Of a stretch of 64,000 bases of DNA, positions 10,212-20,900 are shown piece after piece. The DNA comes from Opitutia bacterium (GTDB lineage Bacteria; Verrucomicrobiota; Verrucomicrobiia; Opitutales; Opitutaceae), in assembly GCA_947478395.1 (NCBI GenBank), contig CANJVR010000009.1:27232-91231 (forward strand), given 5' to 3'. Every line of letters begins with the position of its first letter. Position 1 is the stretch's first letter. The notes beneath the pieces were generated by a model. The model was not told where the DNA came from, searched no databases, and was given only the letters and a program-made list of their open reading frames with translations. A program made the translations under genes and the position numbers.

Positions 10212-11030
10212 GTGCCCCTAACTTTGAATTCGACCGCCCCGCTTCCCCTCTCCGTCGTCATCGTTGCCCGCAACGAAGCGGCGAATCTTCCGCGCTGTCT
10301 CGCGAGCGTACAGGGCTGGACCGCCGAAATCGTCGTGGCGTTGAACGCGACCACCGATGCGAGTGCGGAGATCGCTGCGGCTCACGGCGCACGCGTCGTC
10401 ACCTTAACGTGGCAAGGTTTTCGCGACACCAAGAACGCCGCCTTGGCGCTGGCCGCACAACCCTGGGCACTCTGCCTCGATGCCGACGAAGAAGTCTCGC
10501 CCCCGCTGCGCAGCGCGATCACGGCATTTTTTGCGCGCGCGGATCTCGGCGCGTTCGCGGGCGCACGTTTTCCCCGCAAAGTATGGTTCATCGACCGCTG
10601 GATCATGCACGGCGATTGGTATCCCGATCTGAGCCTGCGGCTCGTCCGCGTGGACCGCTCGCGCTGGGGCGGCGACGAATTCGTGCATGAGAAAATGGCC
10701 TGCACCGGCCCCGTGGCCACGTTGGCGGGCGACTTGCATCACTACTCGTTTCCCACGCTTGCCAGCCACGTCGCGAAAATAAATCCCTTCGCCGATCTGT
10801 TCATGCGGCAGCAGGAAGTCCGCGGCACGCGCTTCTCGCTGGGCGCCACCGTGGTTCGGCCCGGCTGGCGGTTCGTCCGCGCCTATATTTTGCGGCGCGG
10901 TTTTCTGGACGGGTTTCCCGGCCTCTACATCGCGTGGGCCACCGCTTTCGGCGCGTTCGTGCGCTACAGCCGGCTGTATGAGAACCAGCATCGAAAACTC
11001 CCGCCGGCTTTCGTCGCGGCGGACCAATGA
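10212..11030 (+). CDS. Glycosyltransferase family 2, LPS beta-1,4-glucosyltransferase (WaaE/KdtX-like)
   Basis: SVVIVARNE, LDADEEVS, WYPD..LRL, VHE, GFLDGFPG; GTG start assumed. Confidence 0.85.
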   Translation: MPLTLNSTAPLPLSVVIVARNEAANLPRCLASVQGWTAEIVVALNATTDASAEIAAAHGARVVTLTWQGFRDTKNAALALAAQPWALCLDADEEVSPPLRSAITAFFARADLGAFAGARFPRKVWFIDRWIMHGDWYPDLSLRLVRVDRSRWGGDEFVHEKMACTGPVATLAGDLHHYSFPTLASHVAKINPFADLFMRQQEVRGTRFSLGATVVRPGWRFVRAYILRRGFLDGFPGLYIAWATAFGAFVRYSRLYENQHRKLPPAFVAADQ

Positions 11031-11052
11031 TATTCTCTGCTTCGTCCCAGCC

Positions 11053-11466
11053 GTGAAATCCGTCGCCAAAAATTCCGGGGTCGCCGCCGAATCCCAAACT
11101 TTTAGTCGAATCGCCGAGGAATTGATTGGCGAACTCCGGGGCGTGCCGTTCGAAGAGCCGCGGAAATCCCGCAAGCGTCCGACTTTGCCGCTCGCCCAGC
11201 TGGTCGAATTGATTCTCGACGAACACCGGATTGGGCGCGAAGCGCCGGAGCACACCATTCGCGCCCATTGGCCCGCCCTCGTCGGGTCGGCCAACGCGGC
11301 CTATTCCCACGCCGTCCGCGTCGAACGCGACCGCAAGGTGGTGGTCCACGTCGCCCACGCGGTCGTGCGCAACGAACTCTTCATGCACCGCGCCGAGATC
11401 GTCGAACGGATCCAAAAATTGCCCGGTTGCGCCCAGATCAAAGAAATCCACCTGCGCGCGGGTTAA
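11053..11466 (+). CDS. DUF721/DciA-family protein
   Basis: IRAHWPALVG...VVHVAHAVVRNEL...IKEIHLRAG pattern typical of DUF721; start approximate. Confidence 0.65.
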   Translation: MKSVAKNSGVAAESQTFSRIAEELIGELRGVPFEEPRKSRKRPTLPLAQLVELILDEHRIGREAPEHTIRAHWPALVGSANAAYSHAVRVERDRKVVVHVAHAVVRNELFMHRAEIVERIQKLPGCAQIKEIHLRAG

Positions 11467-11569
11467 AGCTGCTTGGATTTCGCTTCTCAGGTCCCAAATT
11501 CAAGATCGACCGCTCTAAATTTGCGCTTGCGCGCGGCGCCCTCGTTTTAGAACCTCCGCCCTTGCGTTA

Positions 11570-11712
11570 GTGAAAGCCCATCGGTTGTGGGCTCTCACCA
11601 TGACCGGTCCGGCATTCCGCCGGATTAACAACGGTGACGCCGGCTCAACCTGGGTTTCCCCCGGGCTAGGCGGGTGGCACGGTGCCTGCAAAGGTGCCCT
11701 ACAGTCGTGCAA
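11570..11712 (+). ncRNA. Candidate structured RNA upstream of rpsO (S15 leader or 6S-like)
   Basis: Several nested stems found by eye, including catgac/gtcgtg, ggcatt/ggtgcc and a ~21 bp imperfect terminal stem; family not identified. Confidence 0.4.
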
Positions 11713-11727
11713 TCCAAACACTAAACC

Positions 11728-11994
11728 ATGTCTACCACCGTCGTTAAACCCGATATCATCGCTCAGTTCAAAACCCACGACAAGGATACCGGCTCGTCCG
11801 AAGTCCAAATCGCGCTCCTCACCGCTCGGATCAATCACTTAACCGAGCATCTCCGCACCCACCGTAAGGATTTCCATTCGCGCCGTGGTCTGCTCCAGAT
11901 GGCGAGCCGTCGTCGTAAGCTTCTCGATTACCTCAAGAAGCACGAACTCAACAAATACACCGACATCCTCGCGAAGCTAAGCCTTCGCAAGTAA
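11728..11994 (+). CDS. rpsO: 30S ribosomal protein S15
   Basis: [23 protein letters not shown]...[10 protein letters not shown]. Confidence 0.99.
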   Translation: MSTTVVKPDIIAQFKTHDKDTGSSEVQIALLTARINHLTEHLRTHRKDFHSRRGLLQMASRRRKLLDYLKKHELNKYTDILAKLSLRK

Positions 11995-12007
11995 CGCTTT
12001 AAATCGC

Positions 12008-12043
12008 ACGGGCGACCCGATCCGCGGGTCGCCCGTTGTCTTT
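12008..12043 (+). terminator. Terminator/attenuator hairpin after rpsO
   Basis: Perfect 12 bp stem acgggcgacccg/cgggtcgcccgt followed by tgtcttt. Confidence 0.65.
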
Positions 12044-12334
12044 ACCGACACTCGCTTCACGACCGGGACATTTCTGTTTGCCGCTAAAAAGGCAGGGCGC
12101 GTTATTCTTAGCGCTCCGCTGCTAAAACAGGCGCCAAACAGAAATCTCTCGAGACTGACCGAGATGATGAGAAAGCCCGGCCGGCCTTAGCGCCGACCGC
12201 AGCCGCACCCCGCCCCGCCTTAGCCGCACCTCGTGCGCGCTTCCGGCGGCGCGTTATTCGTTAATCGAAAATCAGAAACCCGTTAGTTCATCCGAAATCC
12301 GCGGTCTTTGTGCCGCATTGTCCGAAACTCAGTT

Positions 12335-14548
12335 ATGAATCAGAAACACTCCGTTACCGTGCCCGGCCTCGGGCTCACGTTCTCCGCCGGCTCCATCGCC
12401 CAACTCGCCGGCGGCGCCGTCAACGTCAACGTTGGCGAAACCAACGTCTTCGTCACCGCCTGCGCCGCACAAACCATGCGCCCCGGCCAGGACTTCTTCC
12501 CGCTCACCGTCGACTACCGCGACAAATACGCCGCGGCCGGCCGTTTTCCCGGCGGCTATTTCAAGCGCGAGGGCCGTCCCTCCGAACGCGAAATTCTCAT
12601 CTCCCGGCTTTGCGACCGTCCCTGCCGTCCGCTCTTCCCCGAGGGTTTCCTCAATGAAGTGCAGATCATCGGCCAGCTGTTCTCCGCCGATTTGATCCAC
12701 GACTCCGACATCGCGATGGTCAACGGCGCCAGCGCCGCACTCGCCATCTCCGACATTCCGTGGGGCGGCCCGATCGGCTGCGTCCGCGTCGCCGAAATCG
12801 AAGGCCAGTTCGTCGCCAACCCGACGATCGAACAAATGTACGCGTCGTCGCTCGACCTCATCTACGTCGGCAACGAAAAAGACATGCTGATGATCGAAGG
12901 CTCCGCCGACCAGATCGCGGAGGAACGCTTCATCGAGGCGCTCGCGTTCGGTCACCAAGCGATCCAGCCAATCATCGCGGCGATCAAGCAACTCGTCACG
13001 CTCGCCGGCAAACCGAAGGCCCACTTCGCCCTCGTCGGCGCCACCCCCGAGGCCCGCGCCATCATCGAGCGCGTCGTCCCGGCCGAGCGCATTTCCACGG
13101 CCATCTTCGGCCATGAAAAACACGTCCGCTCCGCCAATATCAAAATGCTCAAGGCCGAGGCGCACGCCGCCCTCACGACCGAGCTCGGCGCCGGCCGCTT
13201 CAGCGATGTCGACCTCAACGTCGTCTTCGAAGACCTCCAATACAAAGCCTACCGCGCGACCGTTCTCGCGAAGGGCGTTCGTTCCGACCACCGCGACGCC
13301 AAGTCGCTCCGTCCCCTGCAGGCGCAGGTCGGTGTGCTGCCCCGCGTGCATGGCTCCGCCATGTTCCAACGCGGCGATACGCAGAACATCGCCATCGTCA
13401 CCCTCGGGCCGACCAAGGAAGCCCAGGACATGGACGGCCTCACCGGCGGCCCCACGTCAAAGAGCTTCATTCTCCATTACAACTTCCCGCCGTTCTCCGT
13501 CGGTGAAGCGGGCCGTTTCATCGGACCCGGTCGCCGCGAAATCGGCCACGGTGCGCTCGCCGAGCGTTCGCTCGTGCCGATTCTCCCCCCCGAGGACGCG
13601 TTTCCCTACTCGATCCGCGTCGTTTCCGAAATCATGGCGTCGAACGGCTCCACCTCGATGGCTTCCATCTGCGGCGGCTGTCTCGCCCTCATGGACGCCG
13701 GCGTGCCGATCATCGCGCCCGTCGCGGGCATCAGCTGCGGTCTAATGACGGAAATGGATTCCACCGGTGCCATCACGAAGTGGACCACGATCACCGACAT
13801 TCTTGGTGAAGAAGATCACTTCGGCGACATGGACTTCAAAGTCGCTGGCACCACGAAGGGCATCACGGGCTTCCAGCTCGACCTCAAGATCAACGGTCTG
13901 CCCTTCGAGATCGCGAAGACCGCGATTTTCCAAGCCCGCGATGCGCGCATTGAAATTCTCAAGGTCATGCTGGGCTCGCTGCCCGCGCCCCGCGCCGGCC
14001 TGAGCCAGTACGCGCCGCGCATTCAGACGATCCAGATCGATCCCGAAAAGATCGGTCTGCTCATCGGGCCCGGCGGCAAGACGATCCGTCGCATCACGGA
14101 AACGACCGGTGCGCAGATCGACATCGCCGACGACGACTCCGGCAAGATCTTCATCTACTCCAACAATGGCGAGGCGATGGCCCGCGCTATCAAGGAAATC
14201 GACGGCCTCTGCGGCGGCGGCTCCGGCCCCGGCGGTGGTGGTGGCGGCGGCGGCGAACCGATCGAGATGGACAAGATCTACACGGGTCGCGTCACCGGCA
14301 TCAAAGACTTCGGCTGCTTCGTTGAATGCACGCCCGGCAAGGAAGGTCTCTGTCACATCAGCGAACTCGCTGAGATGCGCGTCCGCCGTACGGAAGACGT
14401 CGTGAAGATGGGCGAGATGATCACCGTGAAGTGCATCGGCATCGACGAGCGCTCCGGCAAAGTCCGCTTGAGCCGCAAGGCCGCCATGCGCGACCTCGAG
14501 GCCCAGAAGCAGGGCGGCGGCGAACCCGCCGCGGCGCCCGCCAACTAA
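12335..14548 (+). CDS. pnp: Polyribonucleotide nucleotidyltransferase (PNPase)
   Basis: [40 protein letters not shown] and S1 domains; follows rpsO. Confidence 0.99.
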   Translation: MNQKHSVTVPGLGLTFSAGSIAQLAGGAVNVNVGETNVFVTACAAQTMRPGQDFFPLTVDYRDKYAAAGRFPGGYFKREGRPSEREILISRLCDRPCRPLFPEGFLNEVQIIGQLFSADLIHDSDIAMVNGASAALAISDIPWGGPIGCVRVAEIEGQFVANPTIEQMYASSLDLIYVGNEKDMLMIEGSADQIAEERFIEALAFGHQAIQPIIAAIKQLVTLAGKPKAHFALVGATPEARAIIERVVPAERISTAIFGHEKHVRSANIKMLKAEAHAALTTELGAGRFSDVDLNVVFEDLQYKAYRATVLAKGVRSDHRDAKSLRPLQAQVGVLPRVHGSAMFQRGDTQNIAIVTLGPTKEAQDMDGLTGGPTSKSFILHYNFPPFSVGEAGRFIGPGRREIGHGALAERSLVPILPPEDAFPYSIRVVSEIMASNGSTSMASICGGCLALMDAGVPIIAPVAGISCGLMTEMDSTGAITKWTTITDILGEEDHFGDMDFKVAGTTKGITGFQLDLKINGLPFEIAKTAIFQARDARIEILKVMLGSLPAPRAGLSQYAPRIQTIQIDPEKIGLLIGPGGKTIRRITETTGAQIDIADDDSGKIFIYSNNGEAMARAIKEIDGLCGGGSGPGGGGGGGGEPIEMDKIYTGRVTGIKDFGCFVECTPGKEGLCHISELAEMRVRRTEDVVKMGEMITVKCIGIDERSGKVRLSRKAAMRDLEAQKQGGGEPAAAPAN

Positions 14549-14598
14549 TCCGAAAATGTGGGTGGGGTGCCCTCACCCCGTTCCGTCTCCGTTCTTCC

Positions 14599-14630
14599 AA
14601 GCCGCGGCGCCCAAAGCGCCGCGGCTTTTT
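14599..14630 (+). terminator. Rho-independent terminator after pnp
   Basis: aagccgcggcgc-ccaaa-gcgccgcggctt followed by a T tract. Confidence 0.85.
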
Positions 14631-14713
14631 CTTGCCCAATTTTCCTCGTCTGAGTTTTCCGTCTTCCCCTTTTCACCGCTTTCCGCGTGTTTCGCGGGCA
14701 ACTCTTCCGCTTC

Positions 14714-15505
14714 ATGCGCCTGCTTCTCACCAACGACGATGGCATCGCCAGCGTTTTCCTCCACGAACTCGCCGCCGCGCTGCACCACGCGGGTCACGAC
14801 CTTTGCATCGTGGCGCCGAAGACCGAGCAAAGCTGGATCGGCGCCGCCAAATCGCGTCACCGCCCCGTCGCCGTGCGCCGGGACGACGACACGCACGGGC
14901 TGAATTGTCCGACGTGGATCGTGGACGGCACCCCGAGCGATTGCGTGAACATCGCGCTCGCCCACCTCTTGCCCGGCGCGAAGCTTCCTGCGCCCGAGGC
15001 CGTCGTCAGCGGCATCAACATCGGCCTCAACGCGTCGCTCGCCTTCATCCTCGCGAGCGGCACCATCGCCGGCGCTTGGGAAGGCGCGACGCACGGTTTG
15101 CCCGCGGTCGCATTCTCGCAGGACCTCAGTTTCGCGGCCTTCGATAAACTGAAACACGAAAAAGGGGTGCCCGATGAATCGTTGTTCGCGTCGCTACGCG
15201 CCTCCGCCGCGCACGCCGCGCGCCTCGTGCCGTCCCTCGTCGCCGCCACGCCACCCCGCAGCTTCACCGTGCACAACGTGAATTTCCCGTTCCCGTGCGT
15301 CGCGACCGCGGAAGTCCGCCGGACGATTCCCGCGCGGGTTGTGGTGCCAGGCCTTTTCAGCCCGGCCGACGACGACGGCACGCACCGTTTTGTCTTCAAC
15401 CTCGGCGAAGATCTGTCGCCGCCCTCGCCGCTCTCCGACCGCGCCGCCCTCGCGGCCGGTTTCATCAGTCACACGGTTCTAGACTATCGAAATCTCGGCC
15501 AATAA
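14714..15505 (+). CDS. surE: 5'/3'-nucleotidase SurE
   Basis: MRLLLTNDDG, APKTEQS, DGTPSDCV, VVSGINIGLN, SGTIAGA. Confidence 0.95.
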   Translation: MRLLLTNDDGIASVFLHELAAALHHAGHDLCIVAPKTEQSWIGAAKSRHRPVAVRRDDDTHGLNCPTWIVDGTPSDCVNIALAHLLPGAKLPAPEAVVSGINIGLNASLAFILASGTIAGAWEGATHGLPAVAFSQDLSFAAFDKLKHEKGVPDESLFASLRASAAHAARLVPSLVAATPPRSFTVHNVNFPFPCVATAEVRRTIPARVVVPGLFSPADDDGTHRFVFNLGEDLSPPSPLSDRAALAAGFISHTVLDYRNLGQ

Positions 15506-15604
15506 CACTGCGTTCTGTTCGGCGTGCTCGGTAACCCCCGTATTGCTCACACCCAAAACCGCCGCTCAATCCGCCCAGCCCCACTCCTCAATCTTACCCC
15601 CACC

Positions 15605-16450
15605 ATGAAATTTGGCGTCAGCACCTGGCTTTGGACTTCTCCTTTCCGCACCGAAACCGTCGCGCTTTTTCCCAAGATCAAACGCATGGGTTTCGATTTC
15701 ATCGAGGTCCCCGTCGAAGATCCCGCGCTAATCGACGGATCCGCCGTGCGGCGCGCGCTCGCCGATCACGGACTATTTCCGGTCATCTGCGGCGCGTTCG
15801 GTCCCACGCGTGACCTGACGGCCGACGATCCCAAACTCCGCGACTCCGGTTTCGATTACATCACGCGCAGCCTCGATCTCGCCCACGAACTCGGCGGAAA
15901 GTTTTTTGCCGGGCCCATGTACTCCGCCGTCGGCAAAGCCCGGCTCGTCGCGCCCGAGCAACGCCGCATCGAATGGCTCCGTGCCGTGGAAAATTTGCGC
16001 AAGGTCGCCGGCCTCGCGAGCGACCGTGGCCTGCAACTCGCCATCGAACCGCTCAACCGTTTCGAGACCGACCTCGTGAACACCGCCGCCGATGTCGTGC
16101 GACTCGTCGACGAAATCGCTCATCCGGCCGCGCGCGTGATGCTCGACTCGTTTCACATGACGATCGAGGAACGCGATCTCGAGGCGGCGATCCGGAGCGT
16201 CGGCCCGCGGCTGCTGCACGTGCAGGTATCGGAAAATTATCGCGGCACCCCCGGGACCGGACAGACGCGCTGGGACAGTTTCAAACGCGGCCTCGACGCC
16301 GTCGGTTATCAAGGCGGGATTTCGATCGAGAGTTTCACGCCCGAGATCAAGGAACTCGCCGGCGCCGTCTGCTTCTGGCGCCCTATGGCCGCAAGCCAGG
16401 ACGCCTTCGCCAGTGATGGACTCGCGTTTCTAAAGCAGGCGCTGGGCTGA
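15605..16450 (+). CDS. Sugar isomerase/epimerase, D-tagatose/D-psicose 3-epimerase-like TIM barrel
   Basis: IEPLNRFET, LDSFHMTIEE, HVQVSENYRGTPG, IESF metal-ligand pattern. Confidence 0.88.
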   Translation: MKFGVSTWLWTSPFRTETVALFPKIKRMGFDFIEVPVEDPALIDGSAVRRALADHGLFPVICGAFGPTRDLTADDPKLRDSGFDYITRSLDLAHELGGKFFAGPMYSAVGKARLVAPEQRRIEWLRAVENLRKVAGLASDRGLQLAIEPLNRFETDLVNTAADVVRLVDEIAHPAARVMLDSFHMTIEERDLEAAIRSVGPRLLHVQVSENYRGTPGTGQTRWDSFKRGLDAVGYQGGISIESFTPEIKELAGAVCFWRPMAASQDAFASDGLAFLKQALG

Positions 16451-16521
16451 ACTAAGTTTTTCCGTGGCCGTTATGTGCCGCGGCCGGCGTCTCTACCCGC
16501 CAGGTTCAGTGTCCTCCTTTC

Positions 16522-16546
16522 GGCCGGCGGGGACGCCTGCCGCTAC
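16522..16546 (-). repeat. GTAG-type REP palindrome, family 2
   Basis: Reverse complement gtagcggcaggcgtccccgccggcc matches 44947..44971 at 22/25 positions. Confidence 0.6.
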
Positions 16547-16557
16547 GTCTTTAGCGG

Positions 16558-17760
16558 CTACGCTTTTGGTAAAACCGCTCTAAACGTTCCGGCCGCCGCC
16601 CGAAATCCACTCGGGGTTTTGCCCGTTTCACGTTTGAAGACCACGCTCAAATATTCCACGTGCTCGAAGCCGGTGCGCTCCGCGATCAGGTACAGCGGAA
16701 GATCCGTGTCGCTGAGCAACTGGCGCACGCGGGTCAGTCGCACGTGCAAAATTTCCTCGCGCGGCGTCCGCCCCAGCAGCCGTTGAAAACGTTGCTCCAG
16801 CACGCGCCGTGACAGCGGCGCGGCGCGCAGCACATCGCTCACGTTGATCCCGTCGCACGCGTGTTCGCGGATGAACTGCACCGCCCGCGCCACATCGCGG
16901 TCGTCCACCGCGAGCACATCAGTCGACTGCCGTGCCGCCACCCCAAGCGGCGCGATCAAGCGCGCGTCGACCGGCACGCGTTTGCCCGCCATCAACCGGT
17001 CGAGCAGCATCGCCGCTTCGTATCCAGTGCGATGCGCGTTGGGGATCACGCTCGAAAGCGGCGGTGAAGCTAAGTCACAAAGCAGCTCGTCGTTATCGAC
17101 CCCGATCACCGCGACTTCGCCTGGCACCGCGAGCCCCGCACTGCGACACGCATCGAGCACCTGCTGCCCGCGAATATCGTAGCACGCCATAATCCCGATC
17201 GGCTTGGGCAACTCCCGCAGCCACCGGCGCAAGTCCGCGCTTTGCGCCGCCAAATCGCCAGACGCGGCCGCAGACGGTTGATAACAATGCACCGTCCGAC
17301 CGGCCGCCGCCTGTACGTGGGCGCAAAAATGCTTCTCCCGCCAAACCGACCAGTTGAAACGGGCGTCGCCGCAAAATCCAAAAGTTTTGAAACCGCGCTC
17401 CAGCAAATGCTCCGCCGCCAGCTGCGCGATTTGCTCGTCGTCGGTTTCGACCCAAGGCAATTCCGGCACAATGCGCGCCGCGCTTACGTCGACCGCGGGC
17501 ACCCCCGCGCGTACCACCGCGGCCGCGATACGCGGCGTCTCGATGCGCGCGATGATCCCATCGCCATTCCACCGTTTCAGCCAATCGGGGGGGTCGTCGC
17601 CCCGGCCCTGCTCCATCAGGTGAAACGACCACGGCTTATGCTCCCGGATGTAGTGCACCACCCCTTGCAACAGACCCCGGGCGTAAGCGTTCGACGTTTC
17701 GATCAGCAACGCCACTTGCCGACGGCGGGGCGCATGCGGGCGGATCGACGGAGACGGCAT
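16558..17760 (-). CDS. XylR-type transcriptional regulator (LacI-like ligand domain plus AraC HTH)
   Basis: VALLIETSNAYARGLL, VAVIGVDND, SRRVLEQRF, IAERTGFEHVEYLSVVFKRETGKTP. Confidence 0.92.
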   Translation of the reverse strand: MPSPSIRPHAPRRRQVALLIETSNAYARGLLQGVVHYIREHKPWSFHLMEQGRGDDPPDWLKRWNGDGIIARIETPRIAAAVVRAGVPAVDVSAARIVPELPWVETDDEQIAQLAAEHLLERGFKTFGFCGDARFNWSVWREKHFCAHVQAAAGRTVHCYQPSAAASGDLAAQSADLRRWLRELPKPIGIMACYDIRGQQVLDACRSAGLAVPGEVAVIGVDNDELLCDLASPPLSSVIPNAHRTGYEAAMLLDRLMAGKRVPVDARLIAPLGVAARQSTDVLAVDDRDVARAVQFIREHACDGINVSDVLRAAPLSRRVLEQRFQRLLGRTPREEILHVRLTRVRQLLSDTDLPLYLIAERTGFEHVEYLSVVFKRETGKTPSGFRAAAGTFRAVLPKA

Positions 17761-17948
17761 TCCGCGAGCCTTCGCCAGATTCGCAAAAAATCAACCCGCG
17801 AGCCACTTGACCCGATTCGGGGCCTTACTTTCATAGCGAAGGGACATTTTGAGCCCGGTGAGAAAACTCATCATTTTTGCGTCAACTCTCATGGGCGCCC
17901 CGCCCGCACTGTGTTAACCTCAGGCTCCCCCCAACCCCGTCCGTGCCC

Positions 17949-20900
17949 ATGAATTCCTCCGTCCTGCCCTCACGTCGCCATTCTTCGATTGGCTTCATCG
18001 CTTTTGTCGCCGCCTTTTTCCTGGCTGCACTTTCCGCCGCCGCCGCGCCGCTGAAAGTTCTGTTCCTCGGTGATAGCGGTCATCACGCCTCAGCGATCCG
18101 ACTGCGCGAACTGGCGCCCGCGATGATCGCGCGTGGCATCCAACTGGTCTACACCGAGGATGTCGCCGCGGCACTCACGCTCGAAAACCTGAAACGCTAC
18201 GATGCGTTCATGATCTTCGCCAATATCGACACGATCACACCCGCGCAGGATCAGGCCCTGTTTGATTACGTTTCCCAGGGCGGCGGGTTCGTGCCGGTGC
18301 ATTGTGCCTCCTATTGCTTCCGCAACTCCGAACGCTACGTCGCACTGGTCGGCGGCCAATTTCAACGGCACGCCGCGATCTCGAGTTTCAAAACCCGCAT
18401 CGTAGCACCCGATCATCCGATCATGAAGGGCTGGGTGGGCGTCGAAAGCACGGGCGACGAACCGTATGTGCACACCAAGCAGAATGAAAAGGACCGCACC
18501 GTGCTCGAAGTGCGCGACAACGAGCCCTACACGTGGGTGCGCAACGAAGGCAAAGGCCGCGTGTTCTACACAGCGTGGGGCCACGACGAGCGCACGTGGA
18601 TGAATGTTGGCTTCCAGGATTTGATCGAGCGCGGCATCAGATTCGCCGCAGGCCAGAAACTGCCCGACACGCTTTCGAAACCCACCGCCGTGACGCAGTT
18701 CGAATACGAGGAAGGGCTCAAGGTCCCCTACTATTCCAACGAGCAGGGCGCAGCGGCCCGCGGCGGCAATCCCTGGCCCAAAGTGCAAAAGCCGCTGACC
18801 GCGGCACAGTCGATGGAACACATCATCGTGCCTGCCGGTTTCGAGCTGCAGCTTTTTGCGAGTGAGCCCGACATCAAGAAACCGATCGCGATGTCCTGGG
18901 ACGAACGCGGCCGCCTGTGGATCATCGAGACCGTCGATTATCCGAACAAGCTCCTGCCCGCGGGAGAAGCGGGCAACGATCGCATTGTGATTTGCGAGGA
19001 CACGAATCACGACGGCAAAGCCGACAAGTTCACGGTATTCGCCGAGGGCCTGAACATTCCCACGAGCCTCACCTTCGCCAACGGCGGTGTGATCGTGCAG
19101 CAGATGCCGAACACGCTTTTTCTCAAAGACACCGACGGCGACGACAAGGCCGATATCAAGGAAGTGCTGATCACGGGCTGGGGTCGCCGTGACACGCATG
19201 CGGGCCCGAGCAATTTGCAGTACGGTCCCGACAATTGGATTTGGGGCGTCGTCGGTTACTCCGGTTTCAACGGCACCGTTGGCGGCAAGCCGTACACGTT
19301 TTCCCAGGGCTTCTATCGCTTCAAGTCCGACGGTTCCGCCATCGAATTTCCCCGCAACACGAACAACAACACCTGGGGCCTCGGTATCAGTGAGACGGGC
19401 ATCGTATTCGCGTCCACCGCCAACAACAACCCAAGCACGTACATGCCGATTCCCGCGCGTTACTATGAGCCCGCCGGTCTCACCGCCGGCGTGCTCGCCA
19501 CGATCGCGGACACGTCGCGCTACCTTCCGATCACGACGAAGTTTCGCGAGGTCGACGTGTTCGGCGGCTACACCGCGGGCGCGGGTCACGCCCTTTACAC
19601 GGCACGTTCCTACCCCAAGGAATATTGGAATCGCATCGCGTTCGTGACCGAACCGACGGGCCATCTCGTAGGGGAATTCATCCTCGATGCCGACGGCGCG
19701 AACTTCCGCTCGCACAATCCGACCAACCTGATTTCGAGCGACGACGAATGGTGCGCCCCAATCATGGCCGAAGTCGGACCCGACGGCTCGGTCTGGGTCA
19801 TCGACTGGTACAACTACATCATCCAGCACAACCCGACGCCGATCGGATTCCAAACCGGCGCTGGCGCCGCCTACGAAAACGAGCTGCGCGACAAACGTCA
19901 CGGCCGCATCTACCGCGTCGTCTGGAAAGACGGAAAACCTTCGCCACAGCCGAATCTGCACAACGCCACGCCCGAGGTGCTCGTGCAGGCGCTCACCAAC
20001 AACAATCTCTTCTGGCGCCGCCATGCCCAGCGTCTGCTCGTCGAACGCGGCCGCAAAGATGTCATTCCCGCGCTGATCGAGCTCACCAAAAATCAGACCG
20101 TAGACGAAATTGGCCTGAACGCCGGGGCCACGCACGCACTCTGGACGTTGCAGGGATTGAACGCGCTCGACTCAAGTCCGGCCGCCTTGACCGCAGCAAC
20201 GGAAGCCTTGAAGCATCCTTCCGCCGGTGTGCGCCGCAACGCCGTCACCGTTCTCCCGCGCACCGCTGCCACGGTTAACGCCATGATTGCGGCGAATCTC
20301 CTGCAAGACCCCGACGCGCAGGTTCGTCTCGCGGCGCTGCTTGCCCTCTCGGAGTCGCCCGAAGTACCGGCCGCCGGACAAGCACTCCACGCCACCTTCG
20401 CGGCCCAAAAAGTTTCACTGGATCGCTGGTCAGCGGACGCGGCCAAGATGGCCGCAACGCGCCAATCGAAAGGGTTTCTCGCCGCCGCCACGCCGGAGGA
20501 AATCGCAGCCGCCCGCGCCGCCGAGAATCAAGGCACGCGCAGCTTGCTCTCCAGCGCTTCGCTCATGACCAGCGGCACGGGACTTCCGGCCGATTGGACC
20601 CTGGCGAAAACCGCGGGGAACGTGGAGGCCACGCGAGCCAACGTCTCCCATGCCGGCCAGCAGAGCCTTCGGCTCACACTCGATGGCGAAGGCGCCGCCG
20701 GTGGCGTAAGCACCAAAATAAAATTGAAACGCAACTACCGCTACGAACTCACGGCGTGGATCAAAACCGAGGGACTACCCACTCTCCCCGCCGGCGGACG
20801 TGCCGGCGGCGGCGGTGGACGCGCCGGCGGCCCGAGTATCGGTGGCGCTTCATTGAGCGCGCCCGCTCCAGCTGGCGCACGCGCCGGCGCCCCGGCCGGA

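Noticed and set aside
18090..20135. 681 aa minus-strand ORF
   Set aside because: Antisense to the well-supported multidomain gene
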